A stretch of 64,000 nucleotides of DNA. It comes from an uncultured Planctomycetaceae bacterium. GTDB lineage: Bacteria > Planctomycetota > Planctomycetia > Planctomycetales > Planctomycetaceae. Made by a program: the position numbers and the translations under genes. The stretch is from contig CAXBME010000015.1 of assembly GCA_963976765.1 (NCBI GenBank), positions 1 through 64,000 of the forward strand. The letters are read 5' to 3'. Below the pieces are notes generated by a model. The model was not told where the DNA came from and searched no databases. It saw only the letters and a program-made list of their open reading frames with translations. Of the stretch, positions 50,036 to 61,314 are shown one piece after another (the stretch's first letter is position 1; the number at the start of each line of letters is the position of its first letter).

Positions 50036-52663
50036 ATGTTTCGACTAACGTCCCAGAGGTATTCATTTTTCGCCGTGGCGATTCTCGCCGTGACTCTTGC
50101 GGCTGACGCTTCTGCCCAGACGACGAAGACGAAGAAACCACAGCCAAAACCGAAACGCTCGGCAGTCGTTGGTCCGGCGATCGGTGGCAACAAGGCGACG
50201 CCAATTGACCGAATCAAAGCAGCGGACGGTTTTCAGGTCGAGCTGCTTTACTCGGTGCCGGGTGAGGAGCAAGGTTCCTGGGTCAACCTTTGCACCGACG
50301 ACAAAGGGCGAATCCTGGTCAGCAATCAGTTTGGCAACCTGTATCGAATCACGCCGCCCGCTGCAGGAATGACCATCGAGCAGGCAACAGTCGAAAAGGT
50401 TCCTGCCGAGGTCCGTGGCGTAAACGGAATGGTGTGGGCCTTCGGCGCTCTCTACGTCGGAGTTAACGACTACGAGCAGAAGATGCAGTCTGGCGTCTAC
50501 CGGATTACAGACAGCGATGGCGACGATCATCTCGACAAAGTTGAGACCATTCGCGAGATCGATTCAAAAAGCGATCACGGAGTCCACGCTCTGGTTCCGA
50601 CTCCCGATGGCAAGTCGCTATTTCTGATCACCGGTAACAACACAATTCCGCCCGAAATTGCGGACAGCTCGCCAGTCCGACAGGTCTGGGGAGAAGACCA
50701 CCTGCTGCCGAGTTTTCCCGACGGTCGCGGCCATAACCGAGGCGTGCTCGCTCCGGGCGGAATCGTTTACCGACTGACGCCGGACGGAAAGACCTTCGAA
50801 GCTTACGCATCAGGTTTCCGAAACATCTTTGACGGAGCCGTAAACCGCGACGGGGAACTTTTCACCTACGACGCCGACATGGAGTATGACTTCAACACTC
50901 CGTGGTACCGCCCGACGCGAATCTGTCATGTCGTCAGTGGAGCTGAGTTTGGCTGGCGAAACGGAGCCGGCAAACGCCCAACTTTCTACGCGGATAATAT
51001 GCCGCCGGTTCTGGATATCGGACCTGGCTCGCCGACAGGAATGACCTTCGGATACGGAGCGAAGTTCCCCGCAAAGTATCAGAACGCGCTGTACGCACTC
51101 GACTGGAGCTGGGGGAAACTTTACGCCGTCCACCTGAAAGCAGACGGCTCGACCTACACCGCGACGAAGGAAGAATTCGTCACCGGAGCCCCATTACCTA
51201 TTACCGATGCGATCATCCATCCGCAGGACGGAGCGATGTACTTCACCATCGGCGGTCGCCGAGTTCAGTCCGGCCTTTACCGAGTCACTTATGTCGGTGA
51301 TGAAGCAACGGATCCTGTCCGGACAGAACCTTCAAAGAGCAAAGATCGAGAAGCACGACATGCACTCGAAGCGTTCCACGGCAAACAGGATCCCACCGCG
51401 ATCGACACCGCATGGCCGTACCTGTCGCACAAAGACCGCTTCATCCGCACGGCTGCTCGCACGGCGGTTGAGCATCAGCCAACGGACACCTGGGCAGACA
51501 AGGCTCTGACAGAACCTGCCCCGGCAAAGCAGGTTGAAGCTCTCCTGGCACTTTCCCGAGTCGCCGGCGTCTGCCCGCAGCACCGCACCGACCAGACTCC
51601 GCCAGTCGACACACAACTGCGTGACAGGCTGCTGACAGCGCTGGCCGCGATCGACACCGCGAAACTCAACCACGATCAGCAGCTGACGCTGGTTCGAACA
51701 ACTCAAATCGCGCTGAACCGTTTTGGTCAACCGAGTGACGCTATTGTCAAGCAACTCATCGACAGTTTGGATCCGTTGTTCCCGGCGAAGTCAGCTGACC
51801 TGAACTGGCTGCTTTGTGAAACACTCGCCTGGCTGCAGGCTCCCGGCACGGCAGAGAAAAGCATGGCCCTGATCGCCGCCGCTCCCGCTCAGGAAGAGCA
51901 GATGCAGTACGCACGTTCGATCCGCCTGCTCAAGACCGGCTGGACTCCGGAACTGCGGACTGCGTACTTCGAATGGTTTCTCAAAGCCGCGAACTACCGT
52001 GGCGGCGCCAGTTTCGAAACATTTATCAAGTTCATCCGTGACGATGCCGTGGCATCGCTGACAGACGCTGAAAAAGAATCGATGAAGGATCTGTTGGCTA
52101 AAAAGGCCGAACGTAAGTCGGCTCTCGAAAACCTGGGCGAGTCCTTCAAGGGGCGAAAGTCCACGAAGTGGACGCTGGAGGAACTCTCGGCTGCGGCACA
52201 AACAGGACTGAAAAATCGCAACTTCGCCAACGGCCAGAAAATGTTCGCCGCCGCGGGCTGCTACGCCTGCCACCGATTCGACAACCAGGGCGGCATGACC
52301 GGCCCGGACCTGACTTCAGCTGGACGCCGATATTCGTCTCACGATCTGCTCGACCAGGTCATCAATCCAAGCAAGGTAATTAACGAACAGTTTTCGGCGA
52401 TCACCGTCGTCACGGACGCTGGCCTTGTTCATACAGGCGTCGTCGTCAATCTGAACGGCGATTCAATGACGCTGAACACAGACCTCACTGACCCCAACAA
52501 GCGAGTCAACATTGACCGGAAAACGATCGACAGTTTGATCGTTTCAAAAACGTCGCCGATGCCAGCCGGCCTGTTCGACCGCATGACGAAGGACGAAATT
52601 CTCGACCTGACCGCGTACCTGATTAGCGGCGGCGACTCCAACCATGACTACTTCGCAAAATAG
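50036..52663 (+). CDS. Secreted PVC-type beta-propeller / helical-repeat / cytochrome c protein
   Basis: Signal peptide, GFRN, DADME, CYACH heme motif, GPDLT, SPMPAG. Confidence 0.85.
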   Translation: MFRLTSQRYSFFAVAILAVTLAADASAQTTKTKKPQPKPKRSAVVGPAIGGNKATPIDRIKAADGFQVELLYSVPGEEQGSWVNLCTDDKGRILVSNQFGNLYRITPPAAGMTIEQATVEKVPAEVRGVNGMVWAFGALYVGVNDYEQKMQSGVYRITDSDGDDHLDKVETIREIDSKSDHGVHALVPTPDGKSLFLITGNNTIPPEIADSSPVRQVWGEDHLLPSFPDGRGHNRGVLAPGGIVYRLTPDGKTFEAYASGFRNIFDGAVNRDGELFTYDADMEYDFNTPWYRPTRICHVVSGAEFGWRNGAGKRPTFYADNMPPVLDIGPGSPTGMTFGYGAKFPAKYQNALYALDWSWGKLYAVHLKADGSTYTATKEEFVTGAPLPITDAIIHPQDGAMYFTIGGRRVQSGLYRVTYVGDEATDPVRTEPSKSKDREARHALEAFHGKQDPTAIDTAWPYLSHKDRFIRTAARTAVEHQPTDTWADKALTEPAPAKQVEALLALSRVAGVCPQHRTDQTPPVDTQLRDRLLTALAAIDTAKLNHDQQLTLVRTTQIALNRFGQPSDAIVKQLIDSLDPLFPAKSADLNWLLCETLAWLQAPGTAEKSMALIAAAPAQEEQMQYARSIRLLKTGWTPELRTAYFEWFLKAANYRGGASFETFIKFIRDDAVASLTDAEKESMKDLLAKKAERKSALENLGESFKGRKSTKWTLEELSAAAQTGLKNRNFANGQKMFAAAGCYACHRFDNQGGMTGPDLTSAGRRYSSHDLLDQVINPSKVINEQFSAITVVTDAGLVHTGVVVNLNGDSMTLNTDLTDPNKRVNIDRKTIDSLIVSKTSPMPAGLFDRMTKDEILDLTAYLISGGDSNHDYFAK

Positions 52664-52716
52664 GAACGCTGGAGAAGTCTTCATCGTAACTCGTTGGCTC
52701 TGCTGGAGCGCGAGCA

Positions 52717-55320
52717 ATGGTTCAACGACTGACCACACTTCAATTGGTTGTCACGCTCGTCTTCGCAGTTTCGGTGACTGCGAAGGCGTCGGAGCCAGCC
52801 TATCCGGTCGTGGTTAAACTCATTGGAAGTGTCATTCAGCAGTCCTGCTCAGAGTGTCACAACGCTGAAACGTTGGAAGGCCAGCTCAATCTCACGTCGT
52901 TGCCGTTTGACATGACAAAGTCCGACGTCCGCAATCGCTGGATTCACATCCACGACCGCGTTCGAGATCGCGAGATGCCGCCCGACGATGATGCTCTTCC
53001 AACAGCGGCTCGCGCGACTTTCCTGAAGCACCTTTCAAAGGCCATTCATCGCGCCGACCTTGCTGAAGTGGTTGAACAGGGACGTGGACCAATCCGACGA
53101 CTCAACCGCGACGAGTATCAGCAGAACCTGCGTGACGTCCTTTCACTGCCGCATCTCGACATTCGAGACATGCTTCCCGAAGACCGCGAGAGCCAACATT
53201 TCAACAAGACGACAGAGTCGCTGGACATCTCCCGAGTCCAGCTCATTGCTTACCTGGACACAGCCGAAGCCGCGTTGAATCAGGCGATTGCCAGTGGTGT
53301 CAAGCCGCCTGCGAAAACCAGGTACCGCGCTGTCGGAGCAAAGCTGTTCCCCGGTCGGTCGACCTTCGGCAATCGTCAGGCGATGTTCTTTGCCAAAGGC
53401 TCGAAGGGAATTGACAACAACCAACTCGACGAAACACCGGATGACCCGGATGTCGAAATGGCTTTGTTCCGCTCCGCCCACTGGCCATACTTCGGATACC
53501 CTCAAGGATTCATCGCACGATTGTCCGGCGAGTATCGCGTCCGCTTGGCTGCCCGAGCTGTCCTGCAACAGCCAGGCTTCATACTGAAGCCGGCAACGCA
53601 CCCCGTGCCGATGACGTTCCGGGCTCGCAAGCCGTCGGGGCCGGATGTTTCCGGTGATGTCCGCGCCACCGGCGGCCTGATCGACATCCAGCCAGAACAG
53701 GCAACGTACGAAACGACGATCCGATTGCGTGAACGCGAGACCTTTGAATACAGCCTGCTCGGCCTGCCGGTTCCGCTTGCCAGAAACGTCAACAACGGAC
53801 CTCCGACTTACCGTTACCCTCCCTTTCCTGAAGGTGGCCAGCCCGGCGTCGCTTTTCAATGGCTGGAAATCGAAGGACCGCTCTCATCAGAAACCTGGCC
53901 ACCGCAGTCTCATCGGGTTCTGTTTGACGAACTGCCAATCCGCGATTCGGTAACCACTAACGGCCTGCCCGTTGATGTGCTCTCCGAGAATCCGCCGGAC
54001 GACGCAAGACGATTGCTTCGACGGTTTATCAATCTTGCTTCGCGGCAACCAATCTCCGACGAGATCATTCTGAAATACGAGCGACTCGTTCTTGCTCGAT
54101 TGGCCGGAGACGATTCATTCGCCGCCGCCATGCTGGCCGGCTACAAGGCGTTCCTCTGTTCCGGACACATGATCTATGTCCAGGAACCAAAGCGTGCCGA
54201 CGACCACTTTGCCATCGCGTCCCGACTGTCGCATTTCCTGACCAACAGCCGACCTGATTCGCAGTTGTCACGCCACGCAAAGCAGGGGCAACTCAGGCAT
54301 GCTGACACACTTCGTGCCGAGACTGACCGGCTGATTGACGGAAGCGGCTTTGATCGATTCGTCAGGCACTTCACAGGCTACTGGCTTGAGTTGCGGAACA
54401 TACACCGCGACGAGCCCGACATCCGTCGCTTTCCCGAGTACCGTTTCGACTCCTACCTTGTCGAATCAATGGAGCGTGAAACACAAGCCCTCTTCAAGGC
54501 GATGGTGCGTGAAAATCTTCCAGCCAGGGTGCTTGTCAAAGCCAGTTTCATTTTCGCCAACGACCGACTTTCGAAACACTACAACCTGCCGCTGCTCACG
54601 GGTTCAACGATGCGAAAAGTATCACTGCCCGACGACAGCCCGTACGGCGGAATGCTCACTCAAGCGGCGATTCTGAAGATCACTTCGAATGGAACGTCGA
54701 CGTCGCCTGTCGTACGAGGAGCGTGGATCATGGATCGCCTGATCGGCCAGCCGCCGCCTGAACCGCCAGCCAGTGTGCCTGCCGTCGAACCCGATATTCG
54801 AGGTGCGACAACGATCCGCGAACTTCTGGCACTACACGCCGAGTCCGAATCCTGCGCCGGCTGCCACGCCCGCTTCGACCCCGTAGGCGTCGCTCTGGAA
54901 AACTTTGATATCTTCGGAAGCTGGCGAAGTCGTTATCGAAGCCTCGGGAGCCTGGAGCCCGACGAAAAGATCACCGTCGATCAAAAAAACAGCAGGATCG
55001 CGGGCATTGATCGAGCCGGGCACGACTTTTCCTACACGCTGGCAGGGACCATCGACGCAAGCGGCCAACTGCTCGACGGTCGCAGCTTTCAGAACGTCAC
55101 CGAGTTGAAGGAAATCCTTGCCTCAAACGACCGTCAGCTTGCACGTAACCTGCTACACCAGTTCACCGTTTATTCGACCGGGACTCCGGTGCGTTTTTCT
55201 GATCGAGCGGAGATCGAAACGATGCTCGACTCGTGCGCTGACAATGGTTATCGCGTCAGAGACCTTCTTCATGCTCTGGTGTCAGGCAGAATTTTCCTTG
55301 GCCAGAGCGGGTGCGAGTAG
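52717..55320 (+). CDS. DUF1592/DUF1588-type planctomycete cytochrome-domain protein
   Basis: CSECH, RRLNRDEY, ASRLSHFL, TSPVVRG.W, CAGCH..DP.G.ALE.FD. Confidence 0.88.
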   Translation: MVQRLTTLQLVVTLVFAVSVTAKASEPAYPVVVKLIGSVIQQSCSECHNAETLEGQLNLTSLPFDMTKSDVRNRWIHIHDRVRDREMPPDDDALPTAARATFLKHLSKAIHRADLAEVVEQGRGPIRRLNRDEYQQNLRDVLSLPHLDIRDMLPEDRESQHFNKTTESLDISRVQLIAYLDTAEAALNQAIASGVKPPAKTRYRAVGAKLFPGRSTFGNRQAMFFAKGSKGIDNNQLDETPDDPDVEMALFRSAHWPYFGYPQGFIARLSGEYRVRLAARAVLQQPGFILKPATHPVPMTFRARKPSGPDVSGDVRATGGLIDIQPEQATYETTIRLRERETFEYSLLGLPVPLARNVNNGPPTYRYPPFPEGGQPGVAFQWLEIEGPLSSETWPPQSHRVLFDELPIRDSVTTNGLPVDVLSENPPDDARRLLRRFINLASRQPISDEIILKYERLVLARLAGDDSFAAAMLAGYKAFLCSGHMIYVQEPKRADDHFAIASRLSHFLTNSRPDSQLSRHAKQGQLRHADTLRAETDRLIDGSGFDRFVRHFTGYWLELRNIHRDEPDIRRFPEYRFDSYLVESMERETQALFKAMVRENLPARVLVKASFIFANDRLSKHYNLPLLTGSTMRKVSLPDDSPYGGMLTQAAILKITSNGTSTSPVVRGAWIMDRLIGQPPPEPPASVPAVEPDIRGATTIRELLALHAESESCAGCHARFDPVGVALENFDIFGSWRSRYRSLGSLEPDEKITVDQKNSRIAGIDRAGHDFSYTLAGTIDASGQLLDGRSFQNVTELKEILASNDRQLARNLLHQFTVYSTGTPVRFSDRAEIETMLDSCADNGYRVRDLLHALVSGRIFLGQSGCE

Positions 55321-55324
55321 CTTT

Positions 55325-56641
55325 ATGAAATCACCACACACAACTCGCCTCGGCCCGATCTCACGCCGAATGTTTCTACGAAGCGCGGGGGTCTCCCTGG
55401 CTCTACCGACTCTCGACAGCATGGCGACTGCGTTGGGTAGCGAGCCCAACGCTCCCATTCCGCGTCGGATGCTGCTGATTTCAAACAATCTGGGAGTGCT
55501 GCCAGAACCATTCTTTCCCACAACAACCGGACGAGACTACGAACTCTCACCATACCTGAGCGAGCTTGACGACTTTCGAGACGACTTCACCGTTTTCAGC
55601 GGGCTGTCTCATCCCGATGTCGACGGCGGACACAGCACTGAGAACTGTTTCCTGACCGGCGCTCGCGGCCCGACGCGCAGCGGTTTTCGTAACACGATTT
55701 CGCTCGACCAGTTCGCCGCCGAAAAACTTGGACAGGTCACTCGGTTCCCAACGCTGAATCTGGGAGTCAACATCGACAAAGCCAACCGCAGCCTGGCGTG
55801 GACCCGTGACGGCGTCCTATTACCCGCTCAGGACAGCGCTGCGGCGCTGTTCAGAATGATGTTCGTGCAGGGCGATTCTGCTGCCGTCGCGAGGCAACTC
55901 CACCGACTGGAAGAACGAGGCAGCATTCTGGACACGCTGCTGGATGATGCCCGACAGTTCAGCAGTCGTCTGGGTGGTCATGACCGGAATCGACTCGACC
56001 AGTATTTCACAGCTGTACGCGAGGTCGAGCAGAGACTGCAAGCCGCACGTGAGTGGGAACTTCGTCCGAAACCTGAAGCCAGTCAGGCACCTCCAAATGA
56101 TATTACTGATAGCAAACAGTTCTTCGAGAAGTTCGAGCTGATGCTGTCAATGGCTCAACTGGCGTTCGAATCAGACTCGACGCGAATCATCACGCTTATG
56201 GTCGACGCGTTCGCAACGCCATCGTTCAAGCTGCACGACAATCAGAATACCACCGACGGCTACCACAACCTCAGCCACCACGGACAGGCGGAAGACAAGG
56301 TCAGGCAACTGGAAGACGCCGACCGGCAACAGATGTCGCTACTGCGGAACCTGCTGCAGAAACTGGCCGACAGGTTGGAAGCCGGCGAACGACTGCTCGA
56401 TCGCACGATGGTTCTCTTCGGCAGCAATATGGGCAACTCGAACACCCACAACAATACGAACCTGCCCGTACTTCTGGCCGGCGGCGGTTTCAATCACGGC
56501 CAGCACCTGGCCTTCAGCAAGGATAACAACAAACCCCTCAGCAACCTCTACGTGAGTATGCTGCAAAGGCTGGGCGTCGAGTCCGACAATTTCGCCAGTA
56601 GCACCGGCACAGTGACGGGCCTGGAAGCGTCGTCCCGGTAG
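55325..56641 (+). CDS. DUF1552 (HxxSHH) protein with a Tat-like signal
   Basis: SRRMFLR..GV.LALP.L, SILD, YHNLSHHG, LP.LLAGG. Confidence 0.9.
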   Translation: MKSPHTTRLGPISRRMFLRSAGVSLALPTLDSMATALGSEPNAPIPRRMLLISNNLGVLPEPFFPTTTGRDYELSPYLSELDDFRDDFTVFSGLSHPDVDGGHSTENCFLTGARGPTRSGFRNTISLDQFAAEKLGQVTRFPTLNLGVNIDKANRSLAWTRDGVLLPAQDSAAALFRMMFVQGDSAAVARQLHRLEERGSILDTLLDDARQFSSRLGGHDRNRLDQYFTAVREVEQRLQAAREWELRPKPEASQAPPNDITDSKQFFEKFELMLSMAQLAFESDSTRIITLMVDAFATPSFKLHDNQNTTDGYHNLSHHGQAEDKVRQLEDADRQQMSLLRNLLQKLADRLEAGERLLDRTMVLFGSNMGNSNTHNNTNLPVLLAGGGFNHGQHLAFSKDNNKPLSNLYVSMLQRLGVESDNFASSTGTVTGLEASSR

Positions 56642-57355
56642 GCGTTACTAAGAAATCATTTGATCAATTTTTGCGAGTCAGGAGACGAACGCAGCAAATC
56701 GCCTGTGCGACGGATCATCGAGGCTTGCCGCCGCCTCGTGCTTTTTCCGCTTGCTGGACAACATCGGCAGCAAAGGTGGGATGCAAACAGTCCGCAGGCG
56801 GTATGCAGAAAAGGATTCGAACGCTCTGCCGCGATTCGTTCTCTGGACGACGAACCGTTGAACCAGCCAGTCACGTTGCCGCTCGACGCCTGCTTTCCTC
56901 ACAGGGCTTTGTCTCATCATAAACGATGGCCGCATCTGAATGGTCGCCCCTTCTCTGCCGACCCGCCTCGAATCTCGCGCTCCTGCGTGGCGCAACTTCT
57001 GATACTCTGTTGGCTGGCAGCGTACCGCGTGTTAATCACAACCTTCCGGGAAATTTCAAACCTCTCGTCGCAACAGGAAATCTAACGCCAGCCCAAGAGC
57101 AACCGGAATTGACGCGTTGATTGACGACACAGCCAGCCTGAAAGTGTCACACGTGACAATGGTGGTCAGCCGCGTGGGTAACGGGCAGCGAGAAGCAGCA
57201 CTTCACTTGCAAATTCAAGGCCGCCCACGAACAGCCGAGCAATCAAACGAGCCCTGCCGGAAACCAGGGTAAGGCTGTCAGCGGCTCGCCCCGGCCACTC
57301 TCAATGAGACGTGAGCATCCAGCATCGAAATAGTTTCACACTTCGCGGAATCGTT

Positions 57356-58357
57356 ATGAAAGCACTGGTGACCGGCGGGGGCGGATTTCTTGGGCTGTAC
57401 GTCGTTGAACAGTTGCTCGACGACGGCGTCGACGTCCGTGTCATCTGCCGAAATCGCTACGAACGGCTGGACCAGCTCGGTGTCGAGTGTGTTCAGGGCG
57501 ACATTCAGGACGCGGCTGTCGTTGAATCGGCCTGCGAAGGTATGGATGTTGTGTTTCACGTCGCCGCCGTGCCTGGAATCTGGGGACCGTGGCAGATGTT
57601 CCACGGAACCAACACCGTCGGGACGCAGAACGTTATCACCGGTTGCCGGAAACACGGCGTCCGCAGGCTCGTTCATACCAGCTCGCCGAGCGTGATTTTC
57701 GACGGGCACGATCACGTCGATGCGGACGAGTCCCTGCCATACCCGACGAAGTTTCTTTCGCACTACCCTCACAGCAAGGCGTTGGCCGAACAGGCGGTGA
57801 TCGCGGTGAACGGGCCAGAGTTGGCCACGTGCGCGTTGAGGCCACATCTGATCTGGGGGCCTCGCGACACGCAACTTGTGCCGAGGCTGATTCAGCGAGC
57901 CCAAAGCGGGCGACTTCGACTGGTTGGCGACGGAACCAACGTCATCTCGATGGCATACGTCGAAAACGTTGCGGCCGCTCATCTGCAGGCTGCCAGCGTC
58001 CTGGAACCAGGCTCCGCCGTCGCCGGGCAAGTTTACTTTATCAACGAGCCACAGTCTGTGAACTGCGGCGAATGGATCAACACGCTGCTCGGCTGTGCGG
58101 GACTGCCACCGGTCCGGAAGCGGATATCGTCGAAGGCAGCGCACCGGGTCGGAGCGGTCTGCGAAGGTCTCTGGTCGATACTGCGGTTAAGCGGCGAGCC
58201 TCCCATGACCCGATTCCTCGCCGGGCAACTCGCCTCGTCGCACAGTTATTCCATCGACAAAGCAATTCGAGATTTCAACTACAAACCTCAGGTCTCAGTC
58301 GAAGAAGGTCTGAGGCGAATCGGACCCGAACTGAAGCAACTCGTCACGAACCGATGA
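57356..58357 (+). CDS. Extended SDR / 3-beta-HSD family reductase (OleD-like)
   Basis: TGGGGFLG, TSSPSV, YPHSK, LRPHLIWGP. Confidence 0.85.
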   Translation: MKALVTGGGGFLGLYVVEQLLDDGVDVRVICRNRYERLDQLGVECVQGDIQDAAVVESACEGMDVVFHVAAVPGIWGPWQMFHGTNTVGTQNVITGCRKHGVRRLVHTSSPSVIFDGHDHVDADESLPYPTKFLSHYPHSKALAEQAVIAVNGPELATCALRPHLIWGPRDTQLVPRLIQRAQSGRLRLVGDGTNVISMAYVENVAAAHLQAASVLEPGSAVAGQVYFINEPQSVNCGEWINTLLGCAGLPPVRKRISSKAAHRVGAVCEGLWSILRLSGEPPMTRFLAGQLASSHSYSIDKAIRDFNYKPQVSVEEGLRRIGPELKQLVTNR

Positions 58358-58472
58358 CGAGGATGAAGCTGGAGCACTCTCAGAATTCGACTTCAGTGTT
58401 CAGCAGGATGGCCATAACGAAAACAGTGACTATTCCGGGCACCAGTACCTGCACAGAAATCACGAAAATGGT

Positions 58473-58946
58473 CTATTCGCCTTTTGGCGAAATCGGAATT
58501 GTTCGCGATTTGGCGGCTTCAGATTTGCCCAGCTTCACGCTCAGCACTCCATCGCTCACCTCCGCCGAGACTTCTTCGTGACTGACGGGGACGGGCATCG
58601 GGATCGAATGTGAAAATTTTCCCTGCGGGCGATTGTGCAGGTGGACGATCCAGGCCGCGTCGATATCACTCGTCGGATGGCTGCCGTTGATGGTCAGCAT
58701 GTTGCCAACAATCTTAACGTCCAGGCTTCCTGAATCGACTCCAGGAATATCCAGAGTGACAATAACGGCATCCGGCGTCTCGATGACGTCTGCCTGAGCC
58801 TGCCAATCACCAGATCGAATCCCCACCGCATCGAGTGCCTTCTCGCCACCGTCACGCAGCCTCGCGACGACTTTTTCGAGTTCTTCACGAATCCGGTCTG
58901 ATGAGCCAAACAGTCCGCCAGCTTTTCCAAAATCGGTCACGGCCAC
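58473..58946 (-). CDS. Hsp20/alpha-crystallin small heat-shock protein
   Basis: DVIET...DIPGV, LTING, G.FSHSI, DGVLSV.L.K. Confidence 0.88.
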   Translation of the reverse strand: MAVTDFGKAGGLFGSSDRIREELEKVVARLRDGGEKALDAVGIRSGDWQAQADVIETPDAVIVTLDIPGVDSGSLDVKIVGNMLTINGSHPTSDIDAAWIVHLHNRPQGKFSHSIPMPVPVSHEEVSAEVSDGVLSVKLGKSEAAKSRTIPISPKGE

Positions 58947-59075
58947 GCCTCCAGTAGTTCATGAATGCAAAACTGCCGGGCCGATTGAAATCGTCCCGGC
59001 AGTGATCGTGCCTCGTTGAGGAACGGTGTGTCAAGCTTCGAATTCTCTACAAGCGAAGTTGTGCCTGACAGACCC

Positions 59076-61004
59076 TTACGTCTGGTATTTCTGCATGATT
59101 TCCAGTTCGTCGACGCCGGCCAGCGCGGAGAATCCGCCATCAACGATCGACTGGCCCAGCTTCGTAACGGTGCGGAAGTATTTCCCGGACGGCAGCTCGC
59201 CAGTGATCTTCTGCCGAAGAGTCAGACAAAGAGCATCGGCTGAGGCGCGGATGATCTCGTCTTCCTGCCGGCCTGCATAAATCGCGGTGACCAGCATGAC
59301 AATCTGATTCTGAATTCGCTGCGAAAGATCGGCCATCGCACACTGACGGTCGGCCAGAGTCAGCTTGTATTTAAACATCAGGCTGTCGACCGTCAGCCGG
59401 CTCTTCTGAAGACGATCTGCTGCCCATTGAGCGTGCGCGGCAAGTTTCGGATCGGACAGACGAATGTTGGCTCGCGTCGCGCCGCCAAGCATCTGCTTCA
59501 CTTTCCAGCCGAGATACGGCATCGTTGGTCCGGCCAAAGCCATCGCGTGTGCGGGGTTCAGCGGGTTTGGCGTTTTGATCCCGGCCTTCGCCAGGGCCTT
59601 GCCGATCGGTTCGAAATACTTCGTCCCGTGAACTTTGACGAGCGACTTGAAGAACGCCATGCCGAGCATTTCTCCTTCGCCCTCGTAGATGCACGGGGCG
59701 AGGAAGTCGTGAACGTTGTCGCCGAACAGGTGCCCTTTCAGGAACGACCGGCCACCGTGCGTCTTCATGAACAGCTCGATGGCCGCCTCTTTCTGAGACT
59801 CGCTGCCGAAGATTTTGGCAATGATACATTCCATTTCGCCGCGGTAGCCTTCGTCGAGCAATGACGAGCACCAGTCGGTCAGCGCGTCGCAGGCGACGAT
59901 CAAACCGGCCATGTGACCAACGCGGCGCTGCACCAGCTCGCGAGTATCGATCTGTGCTCCGTACGTCTTCCGGAACTTCGCCCACGGCAGAATGTTTTTC
60001 AGCATGACGCGCATCGTGCCAGCAGCTCCGGCCACCAGAGCGACGCGTCCCCGATTCAGACCGTGGTAGGCAATCGTCAGACCGTCGCCTCGTCCTGGAT
60101 CAAGCAGATTCGCGGCAGGCACTCGAAAATTGTTGAACTTGAGCCCGTTGTTCCATGAATGCTGCAGGGCATAGATCCCGTACGGGACGGTCTGGAACTG
60201 ATCGTTTTCCTCCTCCGGAAGATCGGCAATCAGCACCGATGGCTTGCCTTCGATCAGACAGACGATCGCAATCGTGCGACCGGGAATGGCGTTTGTGATG
60301 AACAGCTTCTCACCGTTAACGACGTAGTCGTCTCCGTCGAGTGTGGCCGTTGTCCTCAGCGCGGTCAGGTCAGAACCGGCTCCGGGTTCGGTCAGTGCAA
60401 AAGCGGAAATGCGTTCTCCGCTGGCGAGTTTCGGCAGAATGCGAGCTTTCTGCTCCGCCGAGCCAAACGCCAGCAGCGGATCCACCGCGCCGATACAGCC
60501 ATGAACCGACGCCGTTCCCGCGACCGTTGGATCGACCGTCGCAACACGCGTCAGGAATTTTGCGAAGGCAGAAAATGGAGCACCGCTGCCGCCGTGTTCC
60601 TGCGGAACGAGCAGCCCCCAGTAACCGGCGTCGCCAAGGCTGCCGAGCAGTTCGGTCGACATCTTGCCGTTCGCGTCGTACGCCGTGCCGGCCTGGTGCA
60701 TGTTGCGGATCAGGTCGACGGATTTTTCCATCACCTGGTCGCAGGCCGGAGGTGTCGGTGATTCGTTCGGAGCGAACAGTTCGAGCGGAAAGGTGTCTCC
60801 CCAGACGGCCTGGTGACACGGACTGCCTTCCGTCCGATACTTCGCGGCGAAGAGTTCTTCGACCTGTTCGTCGGCTCGGTCGATGGCTCCGGTCTTGCGA
60901 GCTTCCTCCTCGCTCTTGCCGCTGAGCTTCAAAGCCGTTTCGACGAAGTTGTCCTTCTCTGGTGTTTCCGAGCCGGACTTGCTGGGCGTTGCGTCAGATG
61001 GCAT
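59076..61004 (-). CDS. Acyl-CoA dehydrogenase
   Basis: [30 protein letters not shown]; start chosen at MPSDA. Confidence 0.92.
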   Translation of the reverse strand: MPSDATPSKSGSETPEKDNFVETALKLSGKSEEEARKTGAIDRADEQVEELFAAKYRTEGSPCHQAVWGDTFPLELFAPNESPTPPACDQVMEKSVDLIRNMHQAGTAYDANGKMSTELLGSLGDAGYWGLLVPQEHGGSGAPFSAFAKFLTRVATVDPTVAGTASVHGCIGAVDPLLAFGSAEQKARILPKLASGERISAFALTEPGAGSDLTALRTTATLDGDDYVVNGEKLFITNAIPGRTIAIVCLIEGKPSVLIADLPEEENDQFQTVPYGIYALQHSWNNGLKFNNFRVPAANLLDPGRGDGLTIAYHGLNRGRVALVAGAAGTMRVMLKNILPWAKFRKTYGAQIDTRELVQRRVGHMAGLIVACDALTDWCSSLLDEGYRGEMECIIAKIFGSESQKEAAIELFMKTHGGRSFLKGHLFGDNVHDFLAPCIYEGEGEMLGMAFFKSLVKVHGTKYFEPIGKALAKAGIKTPNPLNPAHAMALAGPTMPYLGWKVKQMLGGATRANIRLSDPKLAAHAQWAADRLQKSRLTVDSLMFKYKLTLADRQCAMADLSQRIQNQIVMLVTAIYAGRQEDEIIRASADALCLTLRQKITGELPSGKYFRTVTKLGQSIVDGGFSALAGVDELEIMQKYQT

Positions 61005-61314
61005 TGCGAGGTCCTTTACGCTGGAGTCATCCTTGCGGACAGACAGGTCCGGTTGAGGAGAACAGCAGCCAGCCTCGAGACGGGAACGCGGACTGACACT
61101 GCCCCCTGGAACCGATGCTTGCCGGTCCGACTGGAAGGGTACCACGATCTGTTGACGTCACAGAAGATGAGTTTTCACAAGGTGATACGTTCTCATCGGA
61201 TGGCTTCGCCGGACGAAATCAGCAATACCGGCTGCCCAGGCCAGTTTTGACCAGATGCACCTCCTGGCGGATCGATACGATCTCGCAGCGCGATTCGCGC
61301 TTTCGTGCCTGTTC

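Noticed and set aside
56760..56800. c-di-GMP-I riboswitch (gggatgcaaa resemblance)
   Set aside because: The upstream GGCAAAC/GAAA stem and the downstream P3 elements are not present.
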